Shown here: in pieces, positions 1 to 9,747 of the stretch
How positions within the stretch are numbered: position 1 is the stretch's first letter
Layout: each line of letters begins with the position of its first letter
Assembly: GCA_947074145.1 (NCBI GenBank)
Contig: CAMTOJ010000012.1
Span: 5,079-69,078 of the forward strand
Length of the DNA stretch: 64,000 nt
Direction: 5' to 3'
Source of the DNA: an uncultured Bacteroidales bacterium
GTDB lineage: Bacteria; Bacteroidota; Bacteroidia; Bacteroidales; JAUNSR01
Notes under the pieces: generated by a model
What the model saw: only the letters and a program-made list of their open reading frames with translations
Database searches by the model: none
Told to the model about the DNA's origin: nothing
Program-made: the position numbers and the translations under genes

Positions 1-1
1 A

Positions 2-1594
2 ACAAACCCAATTGGTTGGGAAACAGATAAAGGTCCTGAAGTAAAAAACATTACAGATGTTATCATTTACGAAATGCACTACCGTGATTTCTCTATGCAC
101 AAAAATTCAGGAATTACAAATAAGGGTAAATATGTTGCTCTTCTTGAAGATGGTACATTGTCTCTAAACGGAGAGAAAACCGGTATCGACCATATTAAAG
201 AGCTAGGCATCACTCATGTCCATATCCTTCCTTCTTATGACTACAATAGTATAGACGAATCTCAACTTCCGTCTAATCAATATAACTGGGGATACGACCC
301 TATCAACTACAATGTTCCTGAGGGTTCATACTCTACTAACCCTGTTGATCCTTATTCTCGAATAAGAGAAATGAAGCAGATGATAAAAGCTCTTCATGAT
401 GCAGGTATTGGTGTTATCATGGATGTGGTTTACAATCATACAGGTATAACAGAAGGATCAAACTTCGAACTTACTGCTCCGGGGTATTATTATCGCAAAC
501 GTCAGGACGGAACTTTTTCTGATGCCTCAGGTTGCGGAAATGAAACAGCTTCCGACAGACAACAAATGAGAAATTTCATTGTTAACTCCATTAAATATTG
601 GATGGAAGAATTTCATATCGACGGATTCCGTTTCGACCTTATGGCAATCCACGATATTGAAACAATGAATGAAGTTGCTAAAGTTGCCAAGTCTGTTAAT
701 CCGTCTGCTTTCATATACGGAGAGGGTTGGACGGCCGGAGATTCTCCTCTTCCAATCGAACATCGTGCTCTAAAAGAGAATGTTGATAAAATGACTAATA
801 TTGCCGTATTCAGCGATGATATTCGCGATGCTGTAAAAGGCCATTATTCAAATGAAAAAGACAGAGGTTTTGCTACAGGAAAAGAGGGTAACGAAGAAAC
901 TGTAAAAATCGGAATTGTAGCCGCGACTGCTCATCCTCAGGTAAACTACAAAAAAGGAAACAATTCTAAGTTTGCTTATGCCTCATCTCCTACTCAGATT
1001 ATCAATTATGTATCTTGTCACGACGATTTGACACTTACTGATAAACTTGCTATCTCTTTGGAAGGTGCTTCTGTTGAAGATCGAATAAGTGCTGCTAAAC
1101 TTGCTCAAACAATTGTATTTACTTCTCAGGGTACTCCATTTATGTTTGCCGGAGAAGAAGTATTCAGAGATAAACAGGGTGTTCACAACTCTTATAAATC
1201 ACCTGATTCAATTAATGCTATTGACTGGAATCAAAAGAAAGAATACCGCGATCTTTTCGATTACTACAAAAATCTTATAGCTCTTCGTAAAGCTCATCCT
1301 GCTTTTAGAATGACATCTGCAAAGGATGTTGCTAAGAATATTGTATTCGATAATGTCAAAGAACCTAATCTTATCTCTTATTCTATTAAGAATAATGCTA
1401 ATGGAGATGAATGGTATGAAATCAAACTTGTTTTCAACGGATCTGATAAAGATCAAAACGTGAAGATTTCAAAAGCAGATTGGACAATAATTGCAAATGA
1501 CGGACAACTTGACAAAGATGGAATTGGAACTACAAAAGGAGGATCTATCAAAGTCTCCCCTCGTTCTGCTCTTATTTTGGCAAGAAAAAAATAA
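2..1594 (+). CDS. pulA: Type I pullulanase (GH13), 5' part outside the window
   Basis: YNWGYDP motif, DVVYNH, GFRFDLM (nucleophile), YGEGW, YVSCHD; frame is open from position 2 (TNPIGWETDKGP...IIYEMH), so the true start lies upstream. Confidence 0.93.
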   Translation, partial: TNPIGWETDKGPEVKNITDVIIYEMHYRDFSMHKNSGITNKGKYVALLEDGTLSLNGEKTGIDHIKELGITHVHILPSYDYNSIDESQLPSNQYNWGYDPINYNVPEGSYSTNPVDPYSRIREMKQMIKALHDAGIGVIMDVVYNHTGITEGSNFELTAPGYYYRKRQDGTFSDASGCGNETASDRQQMRNFIVNSIKYWMEEFHIDGFRFDLMAIHDIETMNEVAKVAKSVNPSAFIYGEGWTAGDSPLPIEHRALKENVDKMTNIAVFSDDIRDAVKGHYSNEKDRGFATGKEGNEETVKIGIVAATAHPQVNYKKGNNSKFAYASSPTQIINYVSCHDDLTLTDKLAISLEGASVEDRISAAKLAQTIVFTSQGTPFMFAGEEVFRDKQGVHNSYKSPDSINAIDWNQKKEYRDLFDYYKNLIALRKAHPAFRMTSAKDVAKNIVFDNVKEPNLISYSIKNNANGDEWYEIKLVFNGSDKDQNVKISKADWTIIANDGQLDKDGIGTTKGGSIKVSPRSALILARKK

Positions 1595-1716
1595 ATAAAA
1601 GAGATTTCATAAATTAATAAAAACGAAAAACATAGCATATTCCGAAAATTATCTTTCATACACCTTAACCTAAACCTTAAACTTTACTAGAACGTTTTTA
1701 TTAATTAATTGAGTAA

Positions 1717-1756
1717 AGGGCTGTTGCGATGGATATCGCGGCAGCCTTGTTTTTTT
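1717..1756 (+). terminator. Intrinsic terminator
   Basis: Stem AGGGCTGTTGCGAT / ATCGCGGCAGCCTT (with G-U pairs) followed by a T-run. Confidence 0.75.
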
Positions 1757-1931
1757 GTTCTTATTCAATATATGTTTGTCGATGTTCGCTTTAATGAGGA
1801 ACTTGTCTATGTATTCCCTACTTCTACTGAGATGGATAACATTGTTACCATTTTATACTGAGCACTTAAAGGCATTTGTTAAATAGATTTATACAACCAA
1901 TAATACTAATATTATATTAGCATTTAGATGG

Positions 1932-2027
1932 ATATCCACCTGTATTAATACGTCATCCCCTTGAAGAAAGTTGCTCAAGGGGCAATTGTTTCAGGTATAT
2001 ATCCACCTGTATTAATACGTCATCCCC
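1932..2027. repeat. Two identical 29-bp direct repeats separated by 38 bp
   Basis: ATATCCACCTGTATTAATACGTCATCCCC at 1932-1960 and 1999-2027; contains the palindrome GTATTAATAC. Confidence 0.9.
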
Positions 2028-2149
2028 CCTGATGTTATCTTTAAATTCTCAGGAATGTTAATCAAAAAGCTATACACTCAAGTTAAATCATTATTAATTA
2101 AATTAAAACCAAGAAGATAATTATTCATTTTATTTATTACAATGGACTC

Positions 2150-2233
2150 TTTTTTTGCCTCCTTCTCCTTTTTTATATCCTTCTCCATTTTTTATTCTCT
2201 CCATCATTTTTTCATCTTTCTCTAGCATTTTTT
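2150..2233. repeat. Degenerate ~19-bp tandem repeat with phased T6-7 tracts
   Basis: T-tracts start at 2150, 2169, 2188, 2207 and 2228, separated by CCTTCTCC-like pyrimidine blocks. Confidence 0.65.
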
Positions 2234-2237
2234 CATT

Positions 2238-2380
2238 CCAAAGCTATAACCACAAAACTCGAAAGCTACTTCCGGATAGTACGTTAGCTATGACGGATTT
2301 GCTTATTAGCTAATGTGTAAGTCAATCGTAGCTTTGGTGTTTCTGATCATTGCTAACGAATATAACAGAGGTAGTTTTGG
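2238..2380. repeat. Phased array of AGCT-core sites with 22-bp period
   Basis: AGCT at 2242, 2264, 2286, 2308 and 2330 (exact 22-bp steps); degenerate copies TGCT at 2351 and AGTT at 2373. Confidence 0.8.
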
Positions 2381-2639
2381 TGGAGAAAAAGTGTAAGCAG
2401 AGATTTGAAAAGGTTTTCGGGTTTAGTAATTTCAGGTTAATGTTGTTGGATTTTAGATTGCGCTGAAATAAGGATCATATTAGAAAAGTATAGTATTATG
2501 GTTTAATTTTGTTGAATAGTAAATGATTTAAAGAAGATAAAATGAGTTATTATTTAATATGCGACGAGTTTAAGTAGAAGGTTTGTTATTATTTTCCTGA
2601 TAATATTTGAATATAGCGGTTATTTATCCTTGTACATAC

Positions 2640-2672
2640 AAAAAAGGCATCCCCTTTTTCGGGGATGCCTTT
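2640..2672 (-). terminator. Intrinsic terminator of ppiD
   Basis: AAAGGCATCCCC / GGGGATGCCTTT stem; A-run on + is the U-tract on -; 22 bp after the stop codon. Confidence 0.85.
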
Positions 2673-2694
2673 CTTATTCTTTTATAATTGCTTA

Positions 2695-4839
2695 TTAATA
2701 GAAATTGATTCTATTGTCTTCAATTTTTGCTTTATTTTTTAGAACTTCCATTGCTTGGTATTGCATTCTATAAGTCATGCTATTCTCAAGTGTTTTCTTT
2801 TCTTCTTCTTCATTAAATGTTGCTTCTGAAGGAGTCTTGTTATATACACTATATACATAAACAGCATTTTTACCTGCGATAGGTCCTTGTATTGTATTTT
2901 GTTTCACATAAGGAGCCAAACCTGATAAAACAGCCTCTGTACCAAGACCTGTAATACGAGTTGTATTGAAGTTTACAAATTTTGCGGTATCAATTGATGC
3001 ACCCATCTCTTTTGCATAAGCATCTAAAGATGTATATCCTTTAGCTTTAAGATCTTGTACTAGTTTAGCACCTTTCTTTTCTGATGCAATTTCATTTCTC
3101 AAATTATTCTCAACCTGAGCAAGAGGAGTATATCCAGCAGGAGTCTCACCAGTTAATGCTAAAACAAGAAATTTATTATCAATTTCAAAAATTTCAGAAA
3201 CAGAACCCACTTTTGAATGGAATGCCCAACGTACGGCCTGCCGTGCATTTTGAATATTTCCGATTGTAGCATCACTTGTCGATAATCTAGCTGCTGTCAT
3301 AAGATTAAATCCATTCTCTGCAGCATTTTTTTCTAATGCTTCTACATTGTTATTATTAGCAACAAACTGATTAACTCTACTATAAGTACTCTGGATAGTT
3401 CTACTTGACGGTGTAACACTAATAGAATATTCTGCTATGTTTGCCTTTTTAATATCTTTAGTCTTTTCAGTTACTTCAACAACATGTATTCCGTAATCTG
3501 TACGAATAGTAAAATAAGTTTTTAGTTTTGCATCAAAACAAGCATTTTTAAATATCTGTCCTACATTTCTTAGAGCAGTAAGTTCTGTGAACCAACCAAG
3601 ATTTCCACCATTGGCTGCTGAATTTCTATCGATCGAGAACTGATTTGCAAGTTCTGCAAAATTACCTTTCTTAGCCTGAAGTACATTTAAGATACTATCT
3701 GCAAGTGCTATACCTTGTGCTTCATTCTGAAGAGAAATCATAATATGTCTTGCTTGAATTGAGTCAGGACCATTCTTTCTTCCCATCAATCGATACATTC
3801 TGTACTCATCACTTTCCAAATAAGGACCGAAAACATCATTTATTGTAGCTGTTTCTGCAAATTGTTTCTCATCCGGAGAAAGAGTTGAAAGAGCAACATA
3901 AGCATCAATATATGGAGTTTCTGAACTTAAGTTTACAAAATCTGAGATTTCAGTTGTTGTAGCAAACTCTTCTCTAAGACTTGTTATCTCTTTCTCTGCA
4001 TCTTGATAATCTGCTTCACTTGGTAGAATATCAACATAGAAATATTTTGCAGAACGAGTTGCTCCTTGTTTGAAACGAGAATCTTTCAATTTTGCGTAAA
4101 GATCTGAAATTTCCGATTTCGAAACTGACACGATCGAATCTGGCACAGTCCTTAGACTCTGACGAACATATGCGAAATCACTATTGATTTTTCCTCCGTC
4201 AAAGTTCTGTTTTACATCAAGCTTATTTGGCATGATTGTTCTTGAAAGAAGTGTTGTATATTTATCTTCAAGTCTTTGTTTTTTGATTGTTTTTTCCCAA
4301 AACAACCAAAACTGTCTTGCCTGTATAAGTTCCTGGCTAGCTACTCCTCCCTGAGCTCCATCTTCAATGCTTGTAACGGTATTGACAAAATTGATTAACA
4401 TATTTCTATCAAATTCACCTGTTTGTTGGTTACGGAAAAACGGCATCTGCTGAAGAATAGGAGAAATATTATCTCCACTAACCATGTCTGTAAGCTCCTC
4501 TACGCTTACTGTCATTCCAAGTTTATCGGCTTCTTCGGTTACTAGAGTTTCACGAACAAGGTTATCATAGACCTGTGTATTTATCTGTTGGTAATATTCT
4601 GCCGGAAGATTGTTTTGTCCTGTCTGTAGTTGATAAATTTCAGTAAGATCGTTGACATTTTTCTGGAATGTTTCATAAGTGATTTTTTCACCATTGATTA
4701 CCATTACTTTGTTTTGTGACTGTTGCCACCATGCCTGACCTCCACTAAAAAGGTCTCCGATAATAAAAGCAAACAACGCCACCCCTATTGCCGTTACCAA
4801 AAGAGCTGCTTTGCTTCTAATTTTTTCTAATGTAGCCAT
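2695..4839 (-). CDS. ppiD: PpiD-like membrane-anchored peptidyl-prolyl isomerase/chaperone (SurA N-terminal plus parvulin domain)
   Basis: MATLEKIRSK N-terminus with TM helix; ARHIMI...FAELANQFSID...GGNLGW...YGIHVV rotamase motifs. Confidence 0.85.
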   Translation of the reverse strand: MATLEKIRSKAALLVTAIGVALFAFIIGDLFSGGQAWWQQSQNKVMVINGEKITYETFQKNVNDLTEIYQLQTGQNNLPAEYYQQINTQVYDNLVRETLVTEEADKLGMTVSVEELTDMVSGDNISPILQQMPFFRNQQTGEFDRNMLINFVNTVTSIEDGAQGGVASQELIQARQFWLFWEKTIKKQRLEDKYTTLLSRTIMPNKLDVKQNFDGGKINSDFAYVRQSLRTVPDSIVSVSKSEISDLYAKLKDSRFKQGATRSAKYFYVDILPSEADYQDAEKEITSLREEFATTTEISDFVNLSSETPYIDAYVALSTLSPDEKQFAETATINDVFGPYLESDEYRMYRLMGRKNGPDSIQARHIMISLQNEAQGIALADSILNVLQAKKGNFAELANQFSIDRNSAANGGNLGWFTELTALRNVGQIFKNACFDAKLKTYFTIRTDYGIHVVEVTEKTKDIKKANIAEYSISVTPSSRTIQSTYSRVNQFVANNNNVEALEKNAAENGFNLMTAARLSTSDATIGNIQNARQAVRWAFHSKVGSVSEIFEIDNKFLVLALTGETPAGYTPLAQVENNLRNEIASEKKGAKLVQDLKAKGYTSLDAYAKEMGASIDTAKFVNFNTTRITGLGTEAVLSGLAPYVKQNTIQGPIAGKNAVYVYSVYNKTPSEATFNEEEEKKTLENSMTYRMQYQAMEVLKNKAKIEDNRINFY

Positions 4840-4956
4840 TGTATTATTGTTAATTATTATTCATTTTTTCTATAAGGCGTACGAAGATACAAAAATAGAC
4901 AATAAAATCTGTATATAAATATAAAAAAATAGTCCCTGAGGCATGTTCAAAAGCAC

Positions 4957-6216
4957 TTATGCAATTTTCAAACGTACTAGATCAATCCTTGCAGTTGCAA
5001 TTTTCATTATCTTTATTTTAAAATTTCCTATTTCTAGATCGTCATGCAATTTAGGTATTGTTTTGTAGTAATGTAAGATGAAACCGGCAAGTGTTGAATA
5101 CTCATCAGACTCAGGAATTTCGAGATCAAAAAGCTCATTTATCTTCTCTATTTCCAATCGTCCGGAAAGTTCATACTCACCCTCTCCTATCTGTTTTGCT
5201 ACATAAAACTTATTGTCGTGCTCATCTTCAAAATCACCGAATATCTCTTCAAAGAGATCCTCCATCGTTATTACACCGGCAGTTCCTCCAAACTCATCAA
5301 CAACTGCTGCTATACTTTTCTTTTTTTCAAGTAGTTGCTTCATCAGTTTATTTGCCGACATGGTTTCGGGAACAATGGGAATTGTGATTATCTTCTGAGT
5401 CCACTCTTTGGGCCTTTTAAACATCTCAGAAGAGTGGATATAACCTATTATGTTGTCTATATTTCCTTTATATACCGGAATTTTTGAATATCCCGTTTCA
5501 ATAAAAATATTGCTTAAAACCGATAGCGAAGTTTCTATATTTACTGCAGTCAATTCAGTTCTGGGGATCATACAATCACGCACTTTCAAGGACGAAAAAT
5601 CAAGTGCGTTCTGAAACAATTTCACCTCATGATCATTTGGCGCTTCTGTAGTAGAATCATCAATACTTTTTTGTATAAAAAAATCAAGATCAACTCTCGT
5701 TATAAGCCTTGCATCTTTATCTTTCAACATTTTAACCCCAAGCATTTTTAATATACGCTTTGCTAAAAAAGTAGTAAAAATAGCAACGGGCCAAAGAATT
5801 ATATAGATTAGAAATAATGGTAAAGCAAAAATATTTAATGAAAAGTTTGGATTTATCTTAAACAACGTTTTGGGAAGAAATTCCGCAGTAACTAGTATTA
5901 TAAGTGTTGATATAATAGTTTGAATCACAACTATCACCGCATCATTGTTTATGATTTTAGCGATAGAAGGTTCAAGCAATAATGACATTAATATACCATA
6001 AATTACAAGTGCAATATTATTACCTACAAGCATAGTGGAAATAAAAACCTCGCTATTCTTATAAAATATCTCTAAAATAGAAGATGTGAAACCTTTCTTC
6101 TTCTTATCAAGCTCATACCTCACTTTATTCGATGAAACGAATGCTATTTCTATACCCGAAAAAAATCCGGAGAAAATAAGTGCGATTATTATATATATTA
6201 TATATCCCGTATCCAT
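4957..6216 (-). CDS. HlyC/CorC family (CNNM/DUF21-CBS-CorC) hemolysin-like transporter
   Basis: FFSGIEIAF, TMLVGNN, EFLPK, MIPR, VDEFGGTAG, EDLFEEIFG. Confidence 0.9.
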   Translation of the reverse strand: MDTGYIIYIIIALIFSGFFSGIEIAFVSSNKVRYELDKKKKGFTSSILEIFYKNSEVFISTMLVGNNIALVIYGILMSLLLEPSIAKIINNDAVIVVIQTIISTLIILVTAEFLPKTLFKINPNFSLNIFALPLFLIYIILWPVAIFTTFLAKRILKMLGVKMLKDKDARLITRVDLDFFIQKSIDDSTTEAPNDHEVKLFQNALDFSSLKVRDCMIPRTELTAVNIETSLSVLSNIFIETGYSKIPVYKGNIDNIIGYIHSSEMFKRPKEWTQKIITIPIVPETMSANKLMKQLLEKKKSIAAVVDEFGGTAGVITMEDLFEEIFGDFEDEHDNKFYVAKQIGEGEYELSGRLEIEKINELFDLEIPESDEYSTLAGFILHYYKTIPKLHDDLEIGNFKIKIMKIATARIDLVRLKIA

Positions 6217-6318
6217 CTGTCTTTTAAATTATTAAAAAATTATTTCAAATTTATTGATAATTTGAGTTCTATATATTTAAATTTGGAATATGTGCGATAA
6301 TACTACAGGAAAACACAA

Positions 6319-6921
6319 TTATTTATCATTACCAATCGTATCATTATTAATTGTATTCGTTTTATCAACTTCATCATTCACATATATGATTGCATTGGTA
6401 TTTAAAATCTGATAGTCACTCATCGATTCATCAGAAATAAAACCATATCCTTCTAGTATATACTCAATTGTTTCAATTCTGATAAATTTATCAGAATATA
6501 TCTTTTGTTTTTTTTGATCCCAAAAAAGCTCTTCTGTTAGGAATCTCTCGTGCTTTTGATTGAATACCTCTACATTTCCAACCAATCTCCAAAGCTTTTC
6601 ATTAGAAAAGAAATAAGCTGTATCTCCTGCAATACTTGCTTCAGCCTGATATACGGAATCGAATTTCTCAACAAATATTTTTTCCGGAAAATACCAATAT
6701 GGAGATACAGTTTTGTCGTAAACCTCCCAAATCTTTGCATTTATCCTGTACTTCGTAACTCCCGAATCAGAAATAAGTGTCACAACATCTTCACTATGTA
6801 ATGTTGGTTTAACCTCTTCTTCTTGGGTTACTATGTTTTGCTCTTTCTCAGGACCTTTACAACAGTAAATATACGGGATAAGCATCGCCACCATCCCTAT
6901 TGAAAAATATCGTGTAAACAT
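6319..6921 (-). CDS. lptC: LPS export ABC transporter periplasmic protein LptC (Bacteroidetes type)
   Basis: TLISDSGVTKYRI, LWRLVGNVEV, TEELFWDQ...IYSDKFIRI; conserved position in this cluster. Confidence 0.8.
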   Translation of the reverse strand: MFTRYFSIGMVAMLIPYIYCCKGPEKEQNIVTQEEEVKPTLHSEDVVTLISDSGVTKYRINAKIWEVYDKTVSPYWYFPEKIFVEKFDSVYQAEASIAGDTAYFFSNEKLWRLVGNVEVFNQKHERFLTEELFWDQKKQKIYSDKFIRIETIEYILEGYGFISDESMSDYQILNTNAIIYVNDEVDKTNTINNDTIGNDK

Positions 6922-6998
6922 TAATATATAACAAATTATTTAACCGATAGACCGGAAAACTAATGTTAATTCCAGGCTTCATAGACAAAAATAAACAT

Positions 6999-7052
6999 AA
7001 AAGCTATATATCTAACCATATTGAATAAATATGAATTAAATATATAGCTTTT
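6999..7052 (-). terminator. Stem-loop between the TPR gene and lptC
   Basis: Inverted repeat AAAAGCTATATAT ... ATATATAGCTTTT. Confidence 0.45.
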
Positions 7053-7090
7053 GTGCTTAAATATATAAAATATCTATTTTACTTATAGAA

Positions 7091-8446
7091 TTATCTTACT
7101 ACTGTTTTTTCTTGAATCCATCCTCCAATCGTAATTGTTTCTCCTTTTTTAAGATTTGGATGCATGAATACATCTTGATTGGAAGGAAAACGTGATCTGT
7201 AAGATGAAATCATAGAGTTGATTTCTGCAGTTTTTGAAGAATCCACAGATTTAGCTCTTTCCAATTTATCAACAGCAGCATAATATACAGTCTGAGCCAA
7301 AACATGATCTGAAGGATAAATATCTGAAGCTGAATTTGCATACATATTAGCTATCAAGATATATGGTGTAGATTGATTTGGATCTGCTTGAAGAGATTTA
7401 TTTGCGAATTCTCTTGCCTTAGAATATGCTCTTCTTTTATTGTATATCACAGCCATACTCAAATAAATATCAGCTTTTTCATCATCTGTTGTAGCTAGTT
7501 CGGCAGCTTCATTAAAGAAAGTAAGAGCTTGATCAAAATCATCTTTTTTCATTGATTGTCTTGCCATACCCATTGCTGATTCAGAAGTAGGTTCAATCTT
7601 GTGAGCATATTCAGATGCAATAAAGTAAGAATCACTTTCCTGACATTTAGATCTGCGAAGCAATGCTATAGTTTGTTTCAAGAATGCAACATTTTCTTTA
7701 TTTTCTTCAATTTTTGCTCCGAAAACACTTTCTAAAGCCTCACAATCAGCAGCTCCACTTTTGGCGTAAGACTCTGTAACGTAAGTTTTAACATTTTCAG
7801 TATATTCTATCATTTTATCTTTTGCAAGAGTATTAAGATATTCATCAAGATACTCTAATGATTTTAGATAATTATTGATATATATTTCTCTGTTTTCAGG
7901 ATTATTTTTATATCTTCTTTCAGAAACATCAACCCAAGCCTTTACAACCTCTGGACTTGACATTCCTAATCTGCTTTCTATTGAAATATTAAGCATTTCA
8001 TATGCTTGATCTAAATCAGCATCTTTTCCATATACAGCAACATAATCAACTCCTTTATTACCTAAAATTCTCTCAGTTGGATATTGTCTGTCATTACCGA
8101 AGTATTTGATACGTTGATCATAAACATTCATCAACTTTTCTTTAAGTGCAGCAAGTTTTGCAGGATCCTTTTCTTGAGAAATCTGCCATTTTACAATATT
8201 AACCCCATGAATATACAGGTTTTTTGAAGCTGCTGGACATTCAGAGAAAGCAAGCTCCCAATAATCTAATGCTTCTTTATAGTTTCTTTGTTTTGCATAA
8301 GGTTCATATAAGCTAATGTTCTGAATACAACGAAGACTATCTTCTCCCATACCAAATCTTGTACCAGAAGCTGCTCCCGTTTGAGCGAACAAAGACGAGC
8401 TGCCTAAAGTTAAGGCAATAGTCAATAAAATATTTCCGGATTTCAT
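7091..8446 (-). CDS. Secreted tetratricopeptide-repeat protein
   Basis: Signal peptide ending LFA|Q; alpha-helical TPR-like repeats; C-terminal GETITIGGWIQEKT. Confidence 0.8.
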   Translation of the reverse strand: MKSGNILLTIALTLGSSSLFAQTGAASGTRFGMGEDSLRCIQNISLYEPYAKQRNYKEALDYWELAFSECPAASKNLYIHGVNIVKWQISQEKDPAKLAALKEKLMNVYDQRIKYFGNDRQYPTERILGNKGVDYVAVYGKDADLDQAYEMLNISIESRLGMSSPEVVKAWVDVSERRYKNNPENREIYINNYLKSLEYLDEYLNTLAKDKMIEYTENVKTYVTESYAKSGAADCEALESVFGAKIEENKENVAFLKQTIALLRRSKCQESDSYFIASEYAHKIEPTSESAMGMARQSMKKDDFDQALTFFNEAAELATTDDEKADIYLSMAVIYNKRRAYSKAREFANKSLQADPNQSTPYILIANMYANSASDIYPSDHVLAQTVYYAAVDKLERAKSVDSSKTAEINSMISSYRSRFPSNQDVFMHPNLKKGETITIGGWIQEKTVVR

Positions 8447-8469
8447 ATCTCTAATTATATTTATTATTA

Positions 8470-9747
8470 TTATTTCAATCTATTTTTTAAGAACCACATC
8501 TCATTGAATGTTAATCCTATATTAAGCTTAAGATAGTTTTCTGACAAGAAATCTCTATTCCCAGGCTTTATAGTCGCATACTCAAGTGCTACATTCAAGG
8601 CAGATTTTTGACGCAAGATTGGAAGTCCTACACCTATCGAAATTCCATACTCATCATTCTTGCTATTTCTTACATTAATATAAGAGTTATTGTAATTGAA
8701 TCCTAAACGGTATTTCATTCTTTTATAATATTTGTCCCCATAAAAGCCATCAGGGCTATATTCTGCGCCTACTGCTATTTTTGTTCTGTCGAACAATGCA
8801 CCATTTTGCACTTGATAATCTTCATTATATGCTTTCACATCGGACCATAATTCTCTTTTAAAATCAGCTCCTACTGTAAGTTTATTATCATATACATAAC
8901 TTACTCCAATTCCAAATATCTGAGGTAAGTTAAGAGTATGAGTAGCTACTATTGTATCTGACTGTGTAAGAGTTTTCACATCCGACAACTCTGTCCAAAT
9001 ATCCATTTTAGGAGCATATGTCAAACCGATAGTTGCCTTCTGCTTTTTATTAATTTCCAATGTATACTGTACACCGAATGTCAAATCAAAACCTTTCACA
9101 TTCAAGGTATTTGTATTAGAGGATGTTGTTATCGATGTATTTGAATAAGCCATACTCCATCCTGTAGAAGTAACCCCCCAAATATACCCCGCATTAACAC
9201 CTACTGAAAGACTTTTTATGGGTGAATAAGCGAAACCTACCATTGCTTTGTTTAATCCTCCTGTACCTACATATTTTCTTGTTACTGATAGAGTATCAGA
9301 TCCGGCTATAAGATCAGATTCGTTTCCGTATGAATACCCCACATAACTATAAGGTAACAGACCAACTGTTGCAGCAAATTGTCGACCTAAAGGTACTTGG
9401 AAAGCAAGATAATCAATACCTCCACTCCAATCAGTCTTTGAAACTCCAGGTTCTTTAAACACACTCATCTGACCATTCATTCCGAAATCAAAAAGAAAAG
9501 TCAATGAATCTATCGATGTGTATGATGCCGGATTCAAGACATTTATTTGAGAATTATTTCTTAAACCGATGCCGATTCCTCCCATCCCTCTTGATGCTGT
9601 AAAAGCATTATCTGCTAAAGAACCATATCCATACCTCGAGTAAGGAGTGTTTCCATTATCACTCGGATTAAGATCCTGTGCCATCATCACTGTTTTACTC
9701 AAACACAAAACTAACATCAGCAATATTGCCTTCTTATTTCTCAACAT
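8470..9747 (-). CDS. Outer membrane beta-barrel protein (FadL-like superfamily)
   Basis: Signal peptide; PYSRYGYG, MGGIG...NPASY hatch motifs; C-terminal LTFNEMWF. Confidence 0.75.
   Translation of the reverse strand: MLRNKKAILLMLVLCLSKTVMMAQDLNPSDNGNTPYSRYGYGSLADNAFTASRGMGGIGIGLRNNSQINVLNPASYTSIDSLTFLFDFGMNGQMSVFKEPGVSKTDWSGGIDYLAFQVPLGRQFAATVGLLPYSYVGYSYGNESDLIAGSDTLSVTRKYVGTGGLNKAMVGFAYSPIKSLSVGVNAGYIWGVTSTGWSMAYSNTSITTSSNTNTLNVKGFDLTFGVQYTLEINKKQKATIGLTYAPKMDIWTELSDVKTLTQSDTIVATHTLNLPQIFGIGVSYVYDNKLTVGADFKRELWSDVKAYNEDYQVQNGALFDRTKIAVGAEYSPDGFYGDKYYKRMKYRLGFNYNNSYINVRNSKNDEYGISIGVGLPILRQKSALNVALEYATIKPGNRDFLSENYLKLNIGLTFNEMWFLKNRLK

Noticed and set aside
1453-1659. 68-aa minus-strand ORF at the end of pulA
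   Set aside because: Mostly antisense to pulA, with no support as a real gene
1728-1934. GATGGATA recurring at 1728, 1831 and 1927
   Set aside because: Short motif with irregular spacing (103 and 96 bp) and no shared flanks
1932-2027. Calling the 29-bp repeat pair a CRISPR array
   Set aside because: Only two repeats, no third degenerate copy found, no cas genes in the window, and the spacer base-pairs with the repeat end
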